In this document: positions 63,620 through 64,000 of the stretch, piece by piece | How the letters are laid out: the number at the start of each line of letters is the position of its first letter | Numbering within the stretch: the stretch's first letter is position 1 | The notes under the pieces: model-generated | What the model was told of the DNA's origin: nothing | Databases searched by the model: none | What the model saw: only the letters and a program-made list of their open reading frames with translations | Position numbers and translations under genes: made by a program | Origin: Perna viridis | Taxonomy: Eukaryota | DNA: 64,000 nucleotides | Assembly: GCA_037379345.1 (NCBI GenBank) | Contig: CM074511.1 | Location: forward strand, 54,194,862 to 54,258,861 | Direction: 5' to 3'

Positions 63620-63970
63620 AATGAAGATGGATGACTCAATTTTTCTTTTGTCGATGGCAGCACTCCTTCAGACCCTGCATGTTAAGTTCGTTTATCACAG
63701 CTCTGGTTATGCCAGACTCTGGAAAAGCTCGTCAGGTTTTTTTGTACGGTGCTAAACTTCTGTCGAATAATATAAGCTATTTGAACAAGACAATTTTTTA
63801 ACAAGGCTTAAGTTATCACTTCAAAAGTTTTAAGGTCGTTATCAACTGATTTGTTCACAGCATGTAAGTTTCCCTCTTAAACTAACACGGATTTGACATC
63901 AACTGAGCAACTCTGCAGGTTTATTTTCTAAAAAAAGAAGTGGTCACTTACCCTACGGGTATATCTGCTC
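63620..63970 (+). mobile_element. Old Naiad-type PLE 3' remnant
   Basis: Traces of DDFNF, aaagttttaaggtcgt (KFxGR) and cacttaccctacggg. Confidence 0.5.
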
Positions 63971-64000
63971 CATATTCCTACTTTAAGTTGAGTACAGGTT

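Noticed and set aside
1-64000. CRISPR array, operons or other prokaryotic systems
   Set aside because: No regularly spaced repeat-spacer structure, and the window is intron-rich eukaryotic DNA.

Overview
AT-rich eukaryotic genomic DNA, most likely from a bivalve mollusc (inferred from the repeat families, not proven). One spliced gene on the minus strand spans almost the whole window (341-59422, or to 59524 with an upstream ATG). It encodes an SCY1-like 2 (SCYL2/CVAK104-family) pseudokinase with HEAT repeats, probably of the invertebrate black-match (bma)-like paralogous type. I rebuilt 20 coding exons by hand; all have GT-AG boundaries and consistent phases, giving 2571 nt and 856 aa from the second ATG. 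The C-terminal tail is packed with R-R/K-x-S motifs. The introns (intron 1 is about 24 kb) are full of decayed mobile DNA: about a dozen fragments of Naiad-type Penelope-like retroelements, a GIY-YIG Penelope remnant with inverted pseudo-LTRs, LINE and Bel/Pao remnants, a tRNA-like unit with direct repeats, and several MITEs. The most unusual signals are RNA-level and are inferences. One is a circularly permuted twister-ribozyme-like motif in three SINE-like repeat copies. The other is a conserved, covarying multi-stem RNA fold at the 3' end of the Naiad elements. No prokaryotic features or CRISPR arrays were seen.
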